Source: Candidatus Saganbacteria bacterium
GTDB taxonomy: Bacteria > Margulisbacteria > WOR-1 > O2-12-FULL-45-9
Length of the DNA: 48,496 bases
Direction: 5' to 3'
Assembly (NCBI GenBank): GCA_013204645.1
Contig: JABMSE010000039.1
Span: 1-48,496 of the forward strand
A program made the translations under genes and the position numbers. The notes beneath the pieces were generated by a model. It did not search any database. It saw only the letters and a list, made by a program, of their open reading frames with translations, and had not been told where the DNA came from. Of the stretch, positions 23,598-34,603 are shown in pieces. Every line of letters begins with the position of its first letter. Position 1 is the stretch's first letter.

Positions 23598-26132
23598 CTA
23601 TTGATTTACGCTCTTATAAAGTAGATAGACGGTAATTAGGGCCGTGGTAGTTTGGGCAAAAGTCGTTGCCGCATTAGCCGTGGTAATCCAGAATTCGTTC
23701 CAGCTAAAGGGCTGCTCGTATCTAGCAATTTTGAGCGGTTTGGCCGGAACAATAATAGTATCACCGGCTTGAGCTTTGGTAAACCAAACACTTTTTTCAA
23801 CTCTGCCACTGGCCCGGAGCAACATTATCTGCCCGCTATTGGCAAAACTTGTGCCTCCGCCACAGATATCCACATAATCACCAACCGAATACTTTGGATC
23901 ATAGAAAATAGTTCCCGGAGAATAAACCTCTCCCATAACCGTAACATTATTAACATAATTAGGAACTATTATGCGATCACCATCTTGCAAAAGAATGTCT
24001 TCACGGTTACCGGGTTTAATTTTATTAAAATCAATTAACAACCTGCCAGGGATCTGAACATCCATCTTCTTATACTCAAAATCATAGGTTGCATTAATTT
24101 GTTTTATGTGATAGGCTGCTTCCTCTGAAGGCATGCCAATTGGCAGCTGGGCTAAATCTCGTTGCTTTCTTTCCTCAAGCTGGCTTTTAAGCCTTTGGGC
24201 ATCGATCTCTTGCTCTTCTTTTATTGATTCACGCACAAAAATTGCTCCACTTAAAAAGGCGTTACTGGTATACCCACCAGCTCTCCCAATTACCGAGGAA
24301 AGCCTCTCTCCCTGATAAATTGCATAGGCCCCTGGAAAAATAACATTTCCAACCATCGTTACAGTCTTGTCGACTCCATAATCAGGAGTCTGTCGCACAA
24401 ACAAATAATCATTGGCTTGCAAGAGATAATCTTGGCTTCGGTCGCCTTCCTTTAGGACCTTATCCAAATCAACCTCGTAAAAATAAGTCTTATTCGGCGG
24501 CTCAAACCTAACCAATTCCGCTTTTTTGAGATAAGCACTATCTTTTACTCCACCCGCCAAAAAAATCAAATCCGAGACATTCATATCTTCAGTCAAAAGA
24601 TAAGAGTTATCTCCATCCACCACATCCCCAGAAACATGAACCATAGGAATACCCTCGATTTCTTCCTTTGAATAAACGCGAATATTATCAAATTCTTTGA
24701 GTTCTGGATTATCCTTGGCAACCCCCATTTTCATCCTAGTCAAATTAACCGCAATAATCTCAGGCTGTATTTTGGGAGGGACGATGCGAACAATCTGCGC
24801 CCGCTCCATATAGGTTCCTGGAGCCAAGCCATCTGCCTTAACAAACAAATCCATAAGACTCATTTTAGGATCCAGCTCATAGCGGCCTGGACGGTTTACA
24901 TTTCCCGAAAGATAAACAACATTTCGAACTACTGGCTCAATTGAAAAAACTGCTATAAAATCTTCGTTTTTCAAATAGAGCGGCTTGGCATACTTGGTTT
25001 TTAAATAATCCGCATAATTGATATCCAGGGCTGTTTCTTCAATGTTAGCCTCTTTTCGCTCAATCTGGATTCGTTGAAGATAGGTTGTTGGCGTAACGCC
25101 GCCTGCCAAACTTATAAAATCACTTAATTCAGTTCTAGTAGACATTAGCTCGTAAATAGCTGGGTTTCTGACATTGCCGGAAATAGCTACTACATCCCCA
25201 ATTTGCGGCACCCTGATTACATCTCCACTTTGTAATAAAACATCATCATTCTTATTCCCAGTCAGGATAAAGTCATAGAGATCCACTGTTCGAATCACCT
25301 TACCATTCCTAACTAGCTTGATATTTCTCAAAGTTCCTTTGCGGGTTGGCCCTCCACCAATAAAAATCGCATCATATAAAGAGGTGTTGGCCAAAATCGT
25401 ATAAGCTCCAGGTTTTTTAAAATCCCCTAATAAATAGACTTTAATTGAGCCAACTTCCTTAACGGTTAGATCAATATTAAAATCTGCAACAAAGATGGTA
25501 GCCAACCTCTCATATAAAACATCCCGGGCTTCTGCCAAAATTAGCCCTGCTAAGGCCACCACCCCCACTTTAGGAAGAGTAACCGCTCCTCGCTCATCCA
25601 CACGCAGGGCAAAAGTATCATTAACATTTCCCCAGATAGTAACTAAGAGATCATCTCCAGGATGAATTCTGTAATCCGGACCAACTGGAACGCTAGGGAT
25701 TAAAGTGAACTGGCGCCCCACAGTTTTGCTGAAAATATCATAACCAAACTGACGAAGCGGTCTTTTTGTCCTATCGCTTATTTTTTCTTGGTAGCCTTCC
25801 TCAATCTGGGATAGCTCTTCCTCAATAAGCTCGCCTTCTTCAGCTGCTTTTAGTTCCTCTGGGTCAATTGGGCCAGTTAGGGTAGCTTCTTCTTTTATTG
25901 TTTGGGTAGCTTGATTTGGCGACTGACTACTTTGAGTTTCTAATCCGAGTAAACCCTTAATTTCATTTTTCTCTGCCGGGGTTAGATCTTTTATCTGTTG
26001 TTTTTGTTGAGGGGTGAGTCGCTTTATAGCCTCAGAAGCCGACGCAGCAAAAACCGGTAAAGGAGAAATTGTATTAATAAAACAAAAAACCAGAAACAAC
26101 GCAATTAATTTCATGGATCTTTTCACTTTCAT
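23598..26132 (-). CDS. Polysaccharide export protein with multiple SLBB domains (Wza/KpsD-like)
   Basis: LRQFGYDIF, PDYRIHPGD.L...IWG, repeated V...G.V..PG.Y....RAGG SLBB units; signal peptide; AGGAGG RBS. Confidence 0.9.
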   Translation of the reverse strand: MKVKRSMKLIALFLVFCFINTISPLPVFAASASEAIKRLTPQQKQQIKDLTPAEKNEIKGLLGLETQSSQSPNQATQTIKEEATLTGPIDPEELKAAEEGELIEEELSQIEEGYQEKISDRTKRPLRQFGYDIFSKTVGRQFTLIPSVPVGPDYRIHPGDDLLVTIWGNVNDTFALRVDERGAVTLPKVGVVALAGLILAEARDVLYERLATIFVADFNIDLTVKEVGSIKVYLLGDFKKPGAYTILANTSLYDAIFIGGGPTRKGTLRNIKLVRNGKVIRTVDLYDFILTGNKNDDVLLQSGDVIRVPQIGDVVAISGNVRNPAIYELMSTRTELSDFISLAGGVTPTTYLQRIQIERKEANIEETALDINYADYLKTKYAKPLYLKNEDFIAVFSIEPVVRNVVYLSGNVNRPGRYELDPKMSLMDLFVKADGLAPGTYMERAQIVRIVPPKIQPEIIAVNLTRMKMGVAKDNPELKEFDNIRVYSKEEIEGIPMVHVSGDVVDGDNSYLLTEDMNVSDLIFLAGGVKDSAYLKKAELVRFEPPNKTYFYEVDLDKVLKEGDRSQDYLLQANDYLFVRQTPDYGVDKTVTMVGNVIFPGAYAIYQGERLSSVIGRAGGYTSNAFLSGAIFVRESIKEEQEIDAQRLKSQLEERKQRDLAQLPIGMPSEEAAYHIKQINATYDFEYKKMDVQIPGRLLIDFNKIKPGNREDILLQDGDRIIVPNYVNNVTVMGEVYSPGTIFYDPKYSVGDYVDICGGGTSFANSGQIMLLRASGRVEKSVWFTKAQAGDTIIVPAKPLKIARYEQPFSWNEFWITTANAATTFAQTTTALITVYLLYKSVNQ

Positions 26133-26196
26133 TGCCTCCTAGTGGAAAATCTGCCAAGAACGGACATTTTAGCATCTTTTCTAACCCCTGTAAAGA

Positions 26197-26955
26197 CTAC
26201 TTGTATTCCCTCTTTCTCTGGTGCTCACGCAAGTTAGCCATATAATTCAAGACAAAACTAAGTAAAATACCTAGCAAAAGAGAGGCAGCTATAGCAGCTA
26301 CAATGTTTTTTCTCATCGAGGACAGAGGTTTGGCAGGACAAACTGCTTCATCAAGCTCCTGAAAAGTAATATCTAAGGAATGCTTAGTTAAAAAGCCTCC
26401 GAGCTTTTCAATATAGACATTGGCGGTTTTGGCCGCTAAAAGCGGATCATCGGCCGTAACCGTTACACTCACTACCTCCATCCCAACCCTCGAATCAACC
26501 TTAAGCATGGTCTGAAGTTTTAAAACCGCTTCATTTAAATCGGGCTTGTAGGAGCCCTCCCATTTCAGATTTTTTTCATCCCAATGCTTCGCAAAAAAGA
26601 ACCTTAGCAAATCTAGCTCTTCTACTACTTCCTGAGCCAAAGTTTTGCTTTTAATGATTTCAAGTAAAACCGAGCTTTTTTGTCTCCCGGAAAAAGTGTA
26701 AGAAAAATTGCTAAAGATCCCTAAGTTAAACAGGTCAGCATCTAAGCTTTGTTTCTGTGCTACGAGAATAGTGGCGGTTGCCGAGTAAGTGTGCTTTTTA
26801 TCTGAAACAAAGCGGGTAAGAAAAATAGCTCCTACGACTGCCACAATAACCAAGCTCAGGATTAGAAATTTATATTTGCTAATGATTCTTACGAGCTCTA
26901 AAAGATCTTTTCCGATATCTGTATCATCTTCAAAAAATGGGGTATTTCTTTTCAT
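26197..26955 (-). CDS. Wzz-like chain-length determinant
   Basis: DLLELVRII.KYK with N-terminal TM, YSATATILV, IIKSKTLA..VV..LDL, DP.LAAK.AN, C-terminal TM. Confidence 0.8.
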   Translation of the reverse strand: MKRNTPFFEDDTDIGKDLLELVRIISKYKFLILSLVIVAVVGAIFLTRFVSDKKHTYSATATILVAQKQSLDADLFNLGIFSNFSYTFSGRQKSSVLLEIIKSKTLAQEVVEELDLLRFFFAKHWDEKNLKWEGSYKPDLNEAVLKLQTMLKVDSRVGMEVVSVTVTADDPLLAAKTANVYIEKLGGFLTKHSLDITFQELDEAVCPAKPLSSMRKNIVAAIAASLLLGILLSFVLNYMANLREHQRKREYK

Positions 26956-26975
26956 AGATTGTATCTTCCTTCATT

Positions 26976-26984
26976 ATTATATCA
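26976..26984 (-). promoter_or_regulatory. Extended -10 promoter for wzz/export genes
   Basis: Minus strand TGATATAAT, 20 nt upstream of the ATG, followed by a GAAGGA RBS. Confidence 0.5.
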
Positions 26985-27009
26985 CAAAAGAAAGATGATC
27001 CACGTTGTT

Positions 27010-27615
27010 CTAAATATATCCTCTAAAAAAATAAAAAACTAAACTCATCCACTCCCGCACTACAACATCGATGCCTTCGTGCTGCTGCCACCAATCATTT
27101 TGACTATAAACACTAAAGGGATTAGAGGTAACTCCATGAACCATTATCTTGATGTTTTTCCCGTGATAAACCTTTTGAAAAACCATTTTTGTGCGTCGAG
27201 TATGGTAAGGGGATGTTACAACTATAATTTTTTTGAAACCATTCCTTTTAATCAAGGGAAGGCTAAAAGTAGCATTCCCCAAAGTCGAACTCCCCTCCCT
27301 CACCATTAAGACAGCATTGCCAGAAATCCCCAAGGATTGGGCTTCTTCTTTCATTAAATCCGCCAAATTGTGCTGTCCCAACAAGGGGCCACCACACATC
27401 ACAATACAGGGAGCAAGTCCTTCTTTGTATAACCTAGTTGCTTCAAAAACGCGATCCCCCACTCCCCCTCCCAAAACTAAAATAGCATCTGCTTTTTCCA
27501 AATGATCAGATACCGACAAAAAGCGTGCCATCTGGGTAAACCAAAAAGAATAGGTTAAAAAAAAGAACAAAATAAAGCCAACCAGGCATAGTAGAAAAAT
27601 TTTAAAGGGGCGCAT
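27010..27615 (-). CDS. YdcF/DUF218 (ElyC/SanA-like) protein
   Basis: ADAILVLGGG, R..EA..LY..G, ST..NA, IIVVTSPYHTRR, REW. Confidence 0.88.
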   Translation of the reverse strand: MRPFKIFLLCLVGFILFFFLTYSFWFTQMARFLSVSDHLEKADAILVLGGGVGDRVFEATRLYKEGLAPCIVMCGGPLLGQHNLADLMKEEAQSLGISGNAVLMVREGSSTLGNATFSLPLIKRNGFKKIIVVTSPYHTRRTKMVFQKVYHGKNIKIMVHGVTSNPFSVYSQNDWWQQHEGIDVVVREWMSLVFYFFRGYI

Positions 27616-27617
27616 TT

Positions 27618-28814
27618 TTAAACCTTACAAATAGTTTGGAAATACTTATGGGTGGCAATTTGTCTTTCGTATTTTTCAAGAAACGCTTTCCGGGCTCTAT
27701 CTCCCATTAATCGACACTCTCCCTCATTCTGATATAATTTTAATATCTTCTGAGCACAAGAATTAACATCTCCCGGACGAACTATTTCCCCACAGTTATT
27801 TTCAGCAACTATGCGACCTATCTCACAAGCAGAAGAACAAATAGCTAAGATTGGCTTTCCTACTGCCATAATGCCATAAACTTTACTCGGCAGGATAGTC
27901 CCCTGAAAACCAATCTTCATGGAAACCACTCCAATATCACAAGCATTCAAACTTAAATTTAGCTGCTCTCGCGCCTGAAAAGGTAACACAAAAAGATTTT
28001 TGAGTTTATGTCTATTGACAAAATCAACCACTTTATTTTTTTGCACTCCATCCCCAATGAAAAGGAAAGCAATTTCGGGCTTATCAGAGAGCCGTCTGGC
28101 AACTTCAAGCAGGGTATCTATTTCATGCACCATGCCTAAATTCCCTGAATACTGAACAATAAATTTTCCGACTAAATCATTCTCTTTCGCAAAGGAATTC
28201 TTTTCTTTGTCTAAGGGAAAAAGTTGCTTGCCATCCGCCCAATTATGGATTATTTCAATGCCGTTGTTCTTGCTAGCCGCCCCTCTCTCCAGTAATAAAT
28301 GGTACATGTTTTCCCCAATACAAATGATCTTATCCGCTTTCTGGTAGAGCTTTAATATAATTCTCTCTGCCAATCGGATCACAGAGGGAATTTTAATAAG
28401 GCCAAGTTTTACCGCCACATCCGGATAAAGATCTTGTATATTAAGGATTAATTTTGAGCCCTTAAACAAACTCAGCAATAAACCTAAAAGGGGCATAAAG
28501 GGAGGGCTTGAACCTACGAAAATATAATTGGGACGCCGCATAAACAGGGCGCGTATAAACACAAAAGGGAACAAACTCAAATAATTGAGATAGCGATAAA
28601 GAAGGTTTTTCTTATCAAACCTAAAAACTCCTACCCGCACAATCTTAATACCGTTATAAACTTCTTTGATAAGAAAGTTTCTGCGGTTGCGCCCGGTAAT
28701 TACCGTAACGTCTAGACCTTTCTTCACCAAATCCTCAGCCAGATCAGTCATAATCTGCGCCGTAGCATCTATATCCGGATAAAAACATTGATTAATAATC
28801 CAAATAGAAACCAT
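27618..28814 (-). CDS. Glycosyltransferase family 4 (WcaI/WbuB-like)
   Basis: NQCFYPD..ATAQ, SSPP, QDLYPD, IHNWAD, YSGNLG..H, PSKVYGIMAVGKP. Confidence 0.9.
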   Translation of the reverse strand: MVSIWIINQCFYPDIDATAQIMTDLAEDLVKKGLDVTVITGRNRRNFLIKEVYNGIKIVRVGVFRFDKKNLLYRYLNYLSLFPFVFIRALFMRRPNYIFVGSSPPFMPLLGLLLSLFKGSKLILNIQDLYPDVAVKLGLIKIPSVIRLAERIILKLYQKADKIICIGENMYHLLLERGAASKNNGIEIIHNWADGKQLFPLDKEKNSFAKENDLVGKFIVQYSGNLGMVHEIDTLLEVARRLSDKPEIAFLFIGDGVQKNKVVDFVNRHKLKNLFVLPFQAREQLNLSLNACDIGVVSMKIGFQGTILPSKVYGIMAVGKPILAICSSACEIGRIVAENNCGEIVRPGDVNSCAQKILKLYQNEGECRLMGDRARKAFLEKYERQIATHKYFQTICKV

Positions 28815-28836
28815 AATAAAATTAGCTCTCCTCCAC

Positions 28837-30603
28837 CTAGACCTTTTGCTTGGTTATGATAAAAGACCCTAGCACTAAGACATCCATCTTGGTACGCAAA
28901 AAACAATCAATGGCTTCCTCTAATTTACAAACAACTGGCTCATTCTCATTAAAGGAGGTGTTAAGCAAAACCGGAACTCCGGTTACCTCTTCGAATTTCT
29001 TAATTAACCTCCAGTATAGCGGATTTTCCTCGGGACTGACAGTCTGAAGTCTTCCCGTTCCATCAAGATGGGTGGTGGCTGGTATAATTTTTCTCTTGTC
29101 TTCCTTTATGGGATAAACTTTAAGCATAAACGGATCAGGATAATCTTTTTCAAAATACTCTCCGGTTTTCTCGAGCAAAATTGAAGGGGCAAAAGGACGA
29201 AAAGCTTCTCGCCGTTTAATCCGGGCATTCAAGACATCCTTCATTTCGGCTTTTCTCGGATCAACGAGGATCGAACGATTGCCAAGCGCGCGTGGTCCCC
29301 ACTCCATTCTTCCCTGAAACCACCCCACCACATTTCCAGAAACCAAGCATTCTACTGTTTTCTGAACTAATAGCTCTTCATCTTTTGCACGCTGGATGTG
29401 TAACGTTGCTAATTTAGCTTTATCCCTTTCTATAACCTCCGAAACTTCTTCATCGGTATAAGAATTTCCCCAATAGGATCCAGTCATTATAAATTTGCGG
29501 GGATTTCCTAGTATCTGATTATAAAGATAATAAGCAGCCCCAATCGCTCCCCCCGCATCCCCCGCCGCCGGTTGAATATAAACTTCTCTAAAAGAAGTAT
29601 AATCAAAAAGTTTGCCATTAGCCACACTGTTTAAGGCACATCCTCCAGCCACACAAAGATTTGGGCAACCGGTTCTTTCATATAAATAATTAAGGAGATG
29701 AAAAAAAGCTTTTTCATACATGGCCTGTAGAGAAGCCGCAATGTCTTTGTGTTTCTGGGTGAGCTCCTCTTTGTATCCGCGCGCCGGCCCTAATAAATCG
29801 ATTAACTTAGAAGAATAAAGCTGGCCAATTTGGGGCTTCTGGTTTTCCCAGCTCATTTGAGCTCCCTTTGACCCGTAATGCTGAAAGAACTTAAGATCTA
29901 GCGAAAAACGACCGTTCTCCTCAAGCCGAACTATTTTTTCCATATCCGATAAATATGTGGGTTTTCCCAAAGCCGCCAACCCCATCACCTTGAATTCATC
30001 ACCGTAATTTGTAAAACCCAAATATTGGGTGATGGCCGTATAAAAAGCTCCTAGGGAATGCGGATAATTTACCTCACTTAAAACTTTAATCTCATTTTGA
30101 TCCCCTTTCCCCAGCATGGTACTTACAAAGTCTCCGAAACCATCCACCGAGATCAAAGCGGCCTCTTTGAAAGGGGAAACAAAAAAAGAGCTGGCTAAAT
30201 GGGCGCGATGATGTTCAACAAAACAAAGCTTTGCCCGAATATCCTCTGGCTTAACTCCTAGCGCTTCACAAATAAGTAACTTAATATCTTTTATTTTAAT
30301 GAGATTTTTAGTGCGACTCTTTAAAAAAGTCAGGGAAGGCTTTCTCTTTAAGGCAAAAACGATCTTCTTAAATAGATTGGCCCTAGGATCCCGATTAATG
30401 GCAATATAATCTAAGTCCTTAAGGCTAATGCCCCCCGTTTCCAAACAAAAATTAATCGCCTGGGATGGGATTCCGGCCCAATGTTTAATCCGTCTGAAGC
30501 GCTCCTCTTCAACTGCCGCAATCAATTCCCCATTCTTTACCAAACAGGCAGAAGAATCTCCGTGATAAGCATTAATCCCTAATATATAGAGATCAGACCG
30601 CAT
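28837..30603 (-). CDS. Carbamoyltransferase (NodU/CmcH family)
   Basis: YHGDSSACL, EEERF.R.KH, EHHRAH.AS, KVMGLA, AGGCALNSVANG, GPRALGNRSIL, FRPFAPS, LNTSFN. Confidence 0.95.
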   Translation of the reverse strand: MRSDLYILGINAYHGDSSACLVKNGELIAAVEEERFRRIKHWAGIPSQAINFCLETGGISLKDLDYIAINRDPRANLFKKIVFALKRKPSLTFLKSRTKNLIKIKDIKLLICEALGVKPEDIRAKLCFVEHHRAHLASSFFVSPFKEAALISVDGFGDFVSTMLGKGDQNEIKVLSEVNYPHSLGAFYTAITQYLGFTNYGDEFKVMGLAALGKPTYLSDMEKIVRLEENGRFSLDLKFFQHYGSKGAQMSWENQKPQIGQLYSSKLIDLLGPARGYKEELTQKHKDIAASLQAMYEKAFFHLLNYLYERTGCPNLCVAGGCALNSVANGKLFDYTSFREVYIQPAAGDAGGAIGAAYYLYNQILGNPRKFIMTGSYWGNSYTDEEVSEVIERDKAKLATLHIQRAKDEELLVQKTVECLVSGNVVGWFQGRMEWGPRALGNRSILVDPRKAEMKDVLNARIKRREAFRPFAPSILLEKTGEYFEKDYPDPFMLKVYPIKEDKRKIIPATTHLDGTGRLQTVSPEENPLYWRLIKKFEEVTGVPVLLNTSFNENEPVVCKLEEAIDCFLRTKMDVLVLGSFIITKQKV

Positions 30604-30606
30604 TTT

Positions 30607-31440
30607 TTATTTGTTCCCCTGTGCAATATTCATTTGCATCTCATAATATTTTGCATCAATTAAAAAGAAATACCAAAACCCCTGCAAAAAATGGAAAATC
30701 AATCCTTCTTTGCCATCCAGAAAACCTAATTTTATAAAATATCTATATAAAAAATAAAACAAAGGCCTTATTAAAACGGGCATCTTGTTCCATCTTCTCC
30801 ATCTTAACATTCTTTTTTTATCAACGCTAGACTGGGAAGTTAAATTATAACCCCTATCTTTCATGAGCTGCAGGGCCTCCATCGTTGCAAATCTATTATG
30901 CTTGGCAATCCAAAAAGTTAGATCTTTTTCGCTGATATGCAAAATATCTTCTTTAAGCTTCAAAGTAGGCTCAGGGACAACTAAATGTTCATTAATTTCT
31001 CTTTCACAGCTGGCCTTTTTGTGCCTGACCAGTCTAAGTAGCCAATGTGGGTAATAACCACCATGCTTCATCCATCGGCCCATAAAATAAACTCTTCTTT
31101 TTATATAAAAACCATTAATCTGGGGTTTGACCGCAGGCAATCTCTTCTCTATTTCTATTTTCAATTTATCGGATAGGCGTTCATCAGCATCTAGAAATAA
31201 CACCCACTCATTTGAAAAAGGTAAATTGCGCAAGGCCCAGTTTCTTTGGTCAGAAAAATCCTTAAATTTATGCTGGTAAATCTTATCCGTATATTTCGTA
31301 GCTATTTCCAAGGTTTTGTCATTGCTAAAAGAATCAACAATGAAAATATCAGACGCCCAACCCTTGACATTTTTCAGCAAAAGCTCAAGATTAAGCTCCT
31401 CGTTATGAGTAAGAATTATTACAGAAACGGAAAGCGACAT
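30607..31440 (-). CDS. Glycosyltransferase family 2
   Basis: SVIILTHNEE, VDSFSNDKT, QRNWAL, LFLDADE, LGFLDGKEG. Confidence 0.92.
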   Translation of the reverse strand: MSLSVSVIILTHNEELNLELLLKNVKGWASDIFIVDSFSNDKTLEIATKYTDKIYQHKFKDFSDQRNWALRNLPFSNEWVLFLDADERLSDKLKIEIEKRLPAVKPQINGFYIKRRVYFMGRWMKHGGYYPHWLLRLVRHKKASCEREINEHLVVPEPTLKLKEDILHISEKDLTFWIAKHNRFATMEALQLMKDRGYNLTSQSSVDKKRMLRWRRWNKMPVLIRPLFYFLYRYFIKLGFLDGKEGLIFHFLQGFWYFFLIDAKYYEMQMNIAQGNK

Positions 31441-31461
31441 TGTATTACCTCTTCTTCTATC

Positions 31462-31470
31462 ATTTTATCA
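31462..31470 (-). promoter_or_regulatory. Possible internal extended -10 promoter
   Basis: Minus strand TGATAAAAT followed by a GAGG RBS and ATG 31440. Confidence 0.4.
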
Positions 31471-31492
31471 ATTTGAATTAAATCATACAACT

Positions 31493-33361
31493 TTAAGCGA
31501 GCCAATGTTCTAAAACTACGCAGCTCCAAACCCTAGACCAGTGGACGTCACGATTGTCAAAAGCATTAAGCAGCTTGGTTATTTGCAGCTTATCAAAAAA
31601 CGAGGAACCGTTCAACTTCTCCCTAACATAGTCTTTTAACTCGTTTCGTAACCATAGGTCAAAAGGCAAAGTAAACACCATTTTGCGGCGCTTAACAATG
31701 TCATCTGGTAAGCTATCACCCATAGCTTTTACTAATAACCTCTTTGGTAGATCCTTTTTTGCCTTCAGCTTTGCTGGCAGTTTTGCTAGAAGCTCGACCA
31801 ACAGATGGTCAACAAAAGGGACCCGTACTTCTAAAGAATGGGTCATGCTAAAAACATCAGTATCTCTTAGAAGCTGATTCGCCATATATGAAGTTGTCTC
31901 AAGAAAACCAACCTGATCAAGCTCATCGCGAATTTTTAAATAATTTTGCGGATAAATGCTTCCGAAAGCCTGCTTTTTTATCTCGTCAATAAAATGGGGG
32001 GCAACTATTTCTTGGATCTGCTCTTCGGTAAAAACACCCCGATATATGGAATAGATTTCCGCAAGGTTTGAGGCGTTAGAAATAATCGAATTAAGCTTAA
32101 CTGCCCGCGAATTGCGGCAATTATTAAGAAACGATCTTGCCGCTCTTTTGCCAAAAGGGATCAAGGCCAAACTATTCAATAATTTATTTAATTTGGGAAC
32201 GTCATTAAAAGAAGAATAACCAAAAAATATTTCATCGCCGCCAACACCGGACATTGACACTTTAAGTCCATGGCGCACCGCCGCCTGAGAGACAAAATAG
32301 GTGTTGATCCCATCAATGGTGGGTTGGTCCATTGAGGATAATATCGTCTCCATATGGCTTACCAGATCTTGGCCTTTTATCTCAACCTCGCAGTGATCAG
32401 TAGCATATTTTGAGGCCATGATCCTGGCATAGGCACTTTCATCATAAGGCGTATCCGGCACTACAATTGATACGGTTTTTATGGTCTTATGTTCAACCTG
32501 GCGCATTAAAGCAATAATGGAACTGGAATCGATACCCCCGCTCAAAAATGTACCTACCGGCACATCAGATACCAGATGGCATTTTATTGTGTCAACCAAA
32601 CAAGCCCTAACCAGCTCTACTGCGTCTTCCTCTGAAATATTCTTTAAAGATTCATCCAGAAAAGCGTGAGTAAGATCATAGTAATGCGTTTTTTTTACCT
32701 TATTTTGCCTAATCAACAAATAATGTCCCGACTCCAAAGAAGAGATATGTTTATTGATTGTTTTGGGGGCCGCGATAGACCCCTTTAGAAGAAAAGATCC
32801 AATTGCTTCCAGATCATTTTCTCTGGGCACCAACCCTGATGCCAAGATGGCTTTTATTTCTGAAGCAAAAACAAAATGATTATTGTTGTTAAAATAGTAC
32901 AATGGCTTAATGCCCAAACGATCTCGCGCTACAACAAGTTGAGGTCCGCAGGACGTATCTCGCAAATCATAGATGGCAAAAGCAAACATTCCGCGAAGTT
33001 TATGCAGTAATTTTTCAATCCCCCACTCCTCATAACCATGAATTATAACTTCGGTATCTGAATTGCTTTTAAACTGATGGCCTTCATCCATCAGCTCCTT
33101 TTGTAGTTGTTTATAATTATATATTTCCCCATTGTAGACAATCCATATTTTCCCGTTTTCGTTGCACATGGGTTGCTTGGCAGATCCTGAAAGGTCAATT
33201 ATGGAAAGTCGGCGATGGCCCAAGACGATACGGCTATCATGATATGACCCCTCATCATCGGGGCCCCGGTGAATTTGATTATCCATCATCTGCCCAACGG
33301 CCAAAATATCAGCAGATGTTACAACGCCATCAAATTTTAAGACACCAGCAATACCACACAT
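31493..33361 (-). CDS. asnB: Asparagine synthase-like amidotransferase (glutamine-hydrolysing)
   Basis: MCGIAG, HRGPD, HRRLSIIDLS, NGEIYN, RDRLGIKPLYY, FLSGGIDSS, SLEVRVPFVD. The cluster context suggests sugar amidation. Confidence 0.92.
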   Translation of the reverse strand: MCGIAGVLKFDGVVTSADILAVGQMMDNQIHRGPDDEGSYHDSRIVLGHRRLSIIDLSGSAKQPMCNENGKIWIVYNGEIYNYKQLQKELMDEGHQFKSNSDTEVIIHGYEEWGIEKLLHKLRGMFAFAIYDLRDTSCGPQLVVARDRLGIKPLYYFNNNNHFVFASEIKAILASGLVPRENDLEAIGSFLLKGSIAAPKTINKHISSLESGHYLLIRQNKVKKTHYYDLTHAFLDESLKNISEEDAVELVRACLVDTIKCHLVSDVPVGTFLSGGIDSSSIIALMRQVEHKTIKTVSIVVPDTPYDESAYARIMASKYATDHCEVEIKGQDLVSHMETILSSMDQPTIDGINTYFVSQAAVRHGLKVSMSGVGGDEIFFGYSSFNDVPKLNKLLNSLALIPFGKRAARSFLNNCRNSRAVKLNSIISNASNLAEIYSIYRGVFTEEQIQEIVAPHFIDEIKKQAFGSIYPQNYLKIRDELDQVGFLETTSYMANQLLRDTDVFSMTHSLEVRVPFVDHLLVELLAKLPAKLKAKKDLPKRLLVKAMGDSLPDDIVKRRKMVFTLPFDLWLRNELKDYVREKLNGSSFFDKLQITKLLNAFDNRDVHWSRVWSCVVLEHWLA

Positions 33362-33364
33362 AAG

Positions 33365-34534
33365 CTATACAACCTCAAATAAGTTTATAATCTTGCTTAC
33401 ATAATCTTGCCAAGATAAGAAGGGAACATTTTTAGGCGATTTTTTGCTTTCCTTGTTAAAAATCATATCCTCTATTTTTAAAGAGAGGGCTAAAGGATCA
33501 AAGGGAGCATAATAGGTGGCATTATCTCTACACATTTCTCGGTTAACCTTTGTGTCAGCTGCAATTATCGGAAGTCCCGCTATTTGCGCTTCTAAAAGTG
33601 GATAGCCAAAGGATTCACACCAGGAAGGGAAAACAAAAATATCCGCTATTCTATATAAATTCGTTATGGAATCAGAAGGGATTCGGCCCAGCACGATAAC
33701 CTCATCTTCTATTTTCAAAAATTCGATTAATCGCTCATATCCGATTACAACCTTTGGCCGATCAGCTTGTGCGATGGTTAAAAGAAGTTTGATCCTAATT
33801 CCTTTATCCTTCAATATTTTTATTGCCCTAAACAAAATCTCGAATCCCTTATGCGGAGCAGGATGAGACACATAAAGCAATTTTATCTCCCCAGCTGTCT
33901 TTTCTAACATTTTCACGACATCGCCTTTGAGTTCGTGGGTGTCATGCAAAAACTTATTTGAATCAATGGCATGTGGAATCACACAGAACTTATCCTTTGG
34001 AATTTGAGGATAAATTGCGGAAATCATTTCGCGCATACTATTGGTTGGAGTAACAACGATTTCTGAAGCCATCATCGCACGATAAGCCAGTCTTCTGCGC
34101 AGTAATGTTAGCGCTTTTTCTGCCATGTTAATTTTTTGCATATATGGCTTCGAGAAATAAAGGGCGTTCCTTTGAAATACAATTTGTTTGCACCTGGTTT
34201 TTATGGGACCGAAATTTAAAATGGAAAGAATAATATCTATTTTATGTTTTCTGACCAGACTAGGGACACAAATCTGATGCCAATAAAATGCATGGAAGAG
34301 AGATTTCCTAACAAAAGAAATAGGATAAACATGAACATTTGGAGCAGAAGAAATTAACTTTGCGACGTCAGAATCAACATAAATGAAATATTCCCTTTTT
34401 TTGTCGACTTCTCCGAGGGCAGAAACAAAACCCCTTAGATGGCGCAACCCTCCGCCCATTTTTGCCGCGACGGCATTGACTAAAATCTTCAAGGAACCAC
34501 CAGACGGTTTTATTAATAATACTTTTGTTTTCAT
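33365..34534 (-). CDS. Glycosyltransferase family 4
   Basis: ADIFVFPSWCESFGYPLLEA motif. The true start may be TTG at 34492 (MKILVNA). Confidence 0.88.
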   Translation of the reverse strand: MKTKVLLIKPSGGSLKILVNAVAAKMGGGLRHLRGFVSALGEVDKKREYFIYVDSDVAKLISSAPNVHVYPISFVRKSLFHAFYWHQICVPSLVRKHKIDIILSILNFGPIKTRCKQIVFQRNALYFSKPYMQKINMAEKALTLLRRRLAYRAMMASEIVVTPTNSMREMISAIYPQIPKDKFCVIPHAIDSNKFLHDTHELKGDVVKMLEKTAGEIKLLYVSHPAPHKGFEILFRAIKILKDKGIRIKLLLTIAQADRPKVVIGYERLIEFLKIEDEVIVLGRIPSDSITNLYRIADIFVFPSWCESFGYPLLEAQIAGLPIIAADTKVNREMCRDNATYYAPFDPLALSLKIEDMIFNKESKKSPKNVPFLSWQDYVSKIINLFEVV

Positions 34535-34603
34535 TCTTAAATTCCTTTAAGGCCTATACACCTTACTCGTTCTAGTTCCAGTTTTTTCAAAAACATTCCG
34601 GCT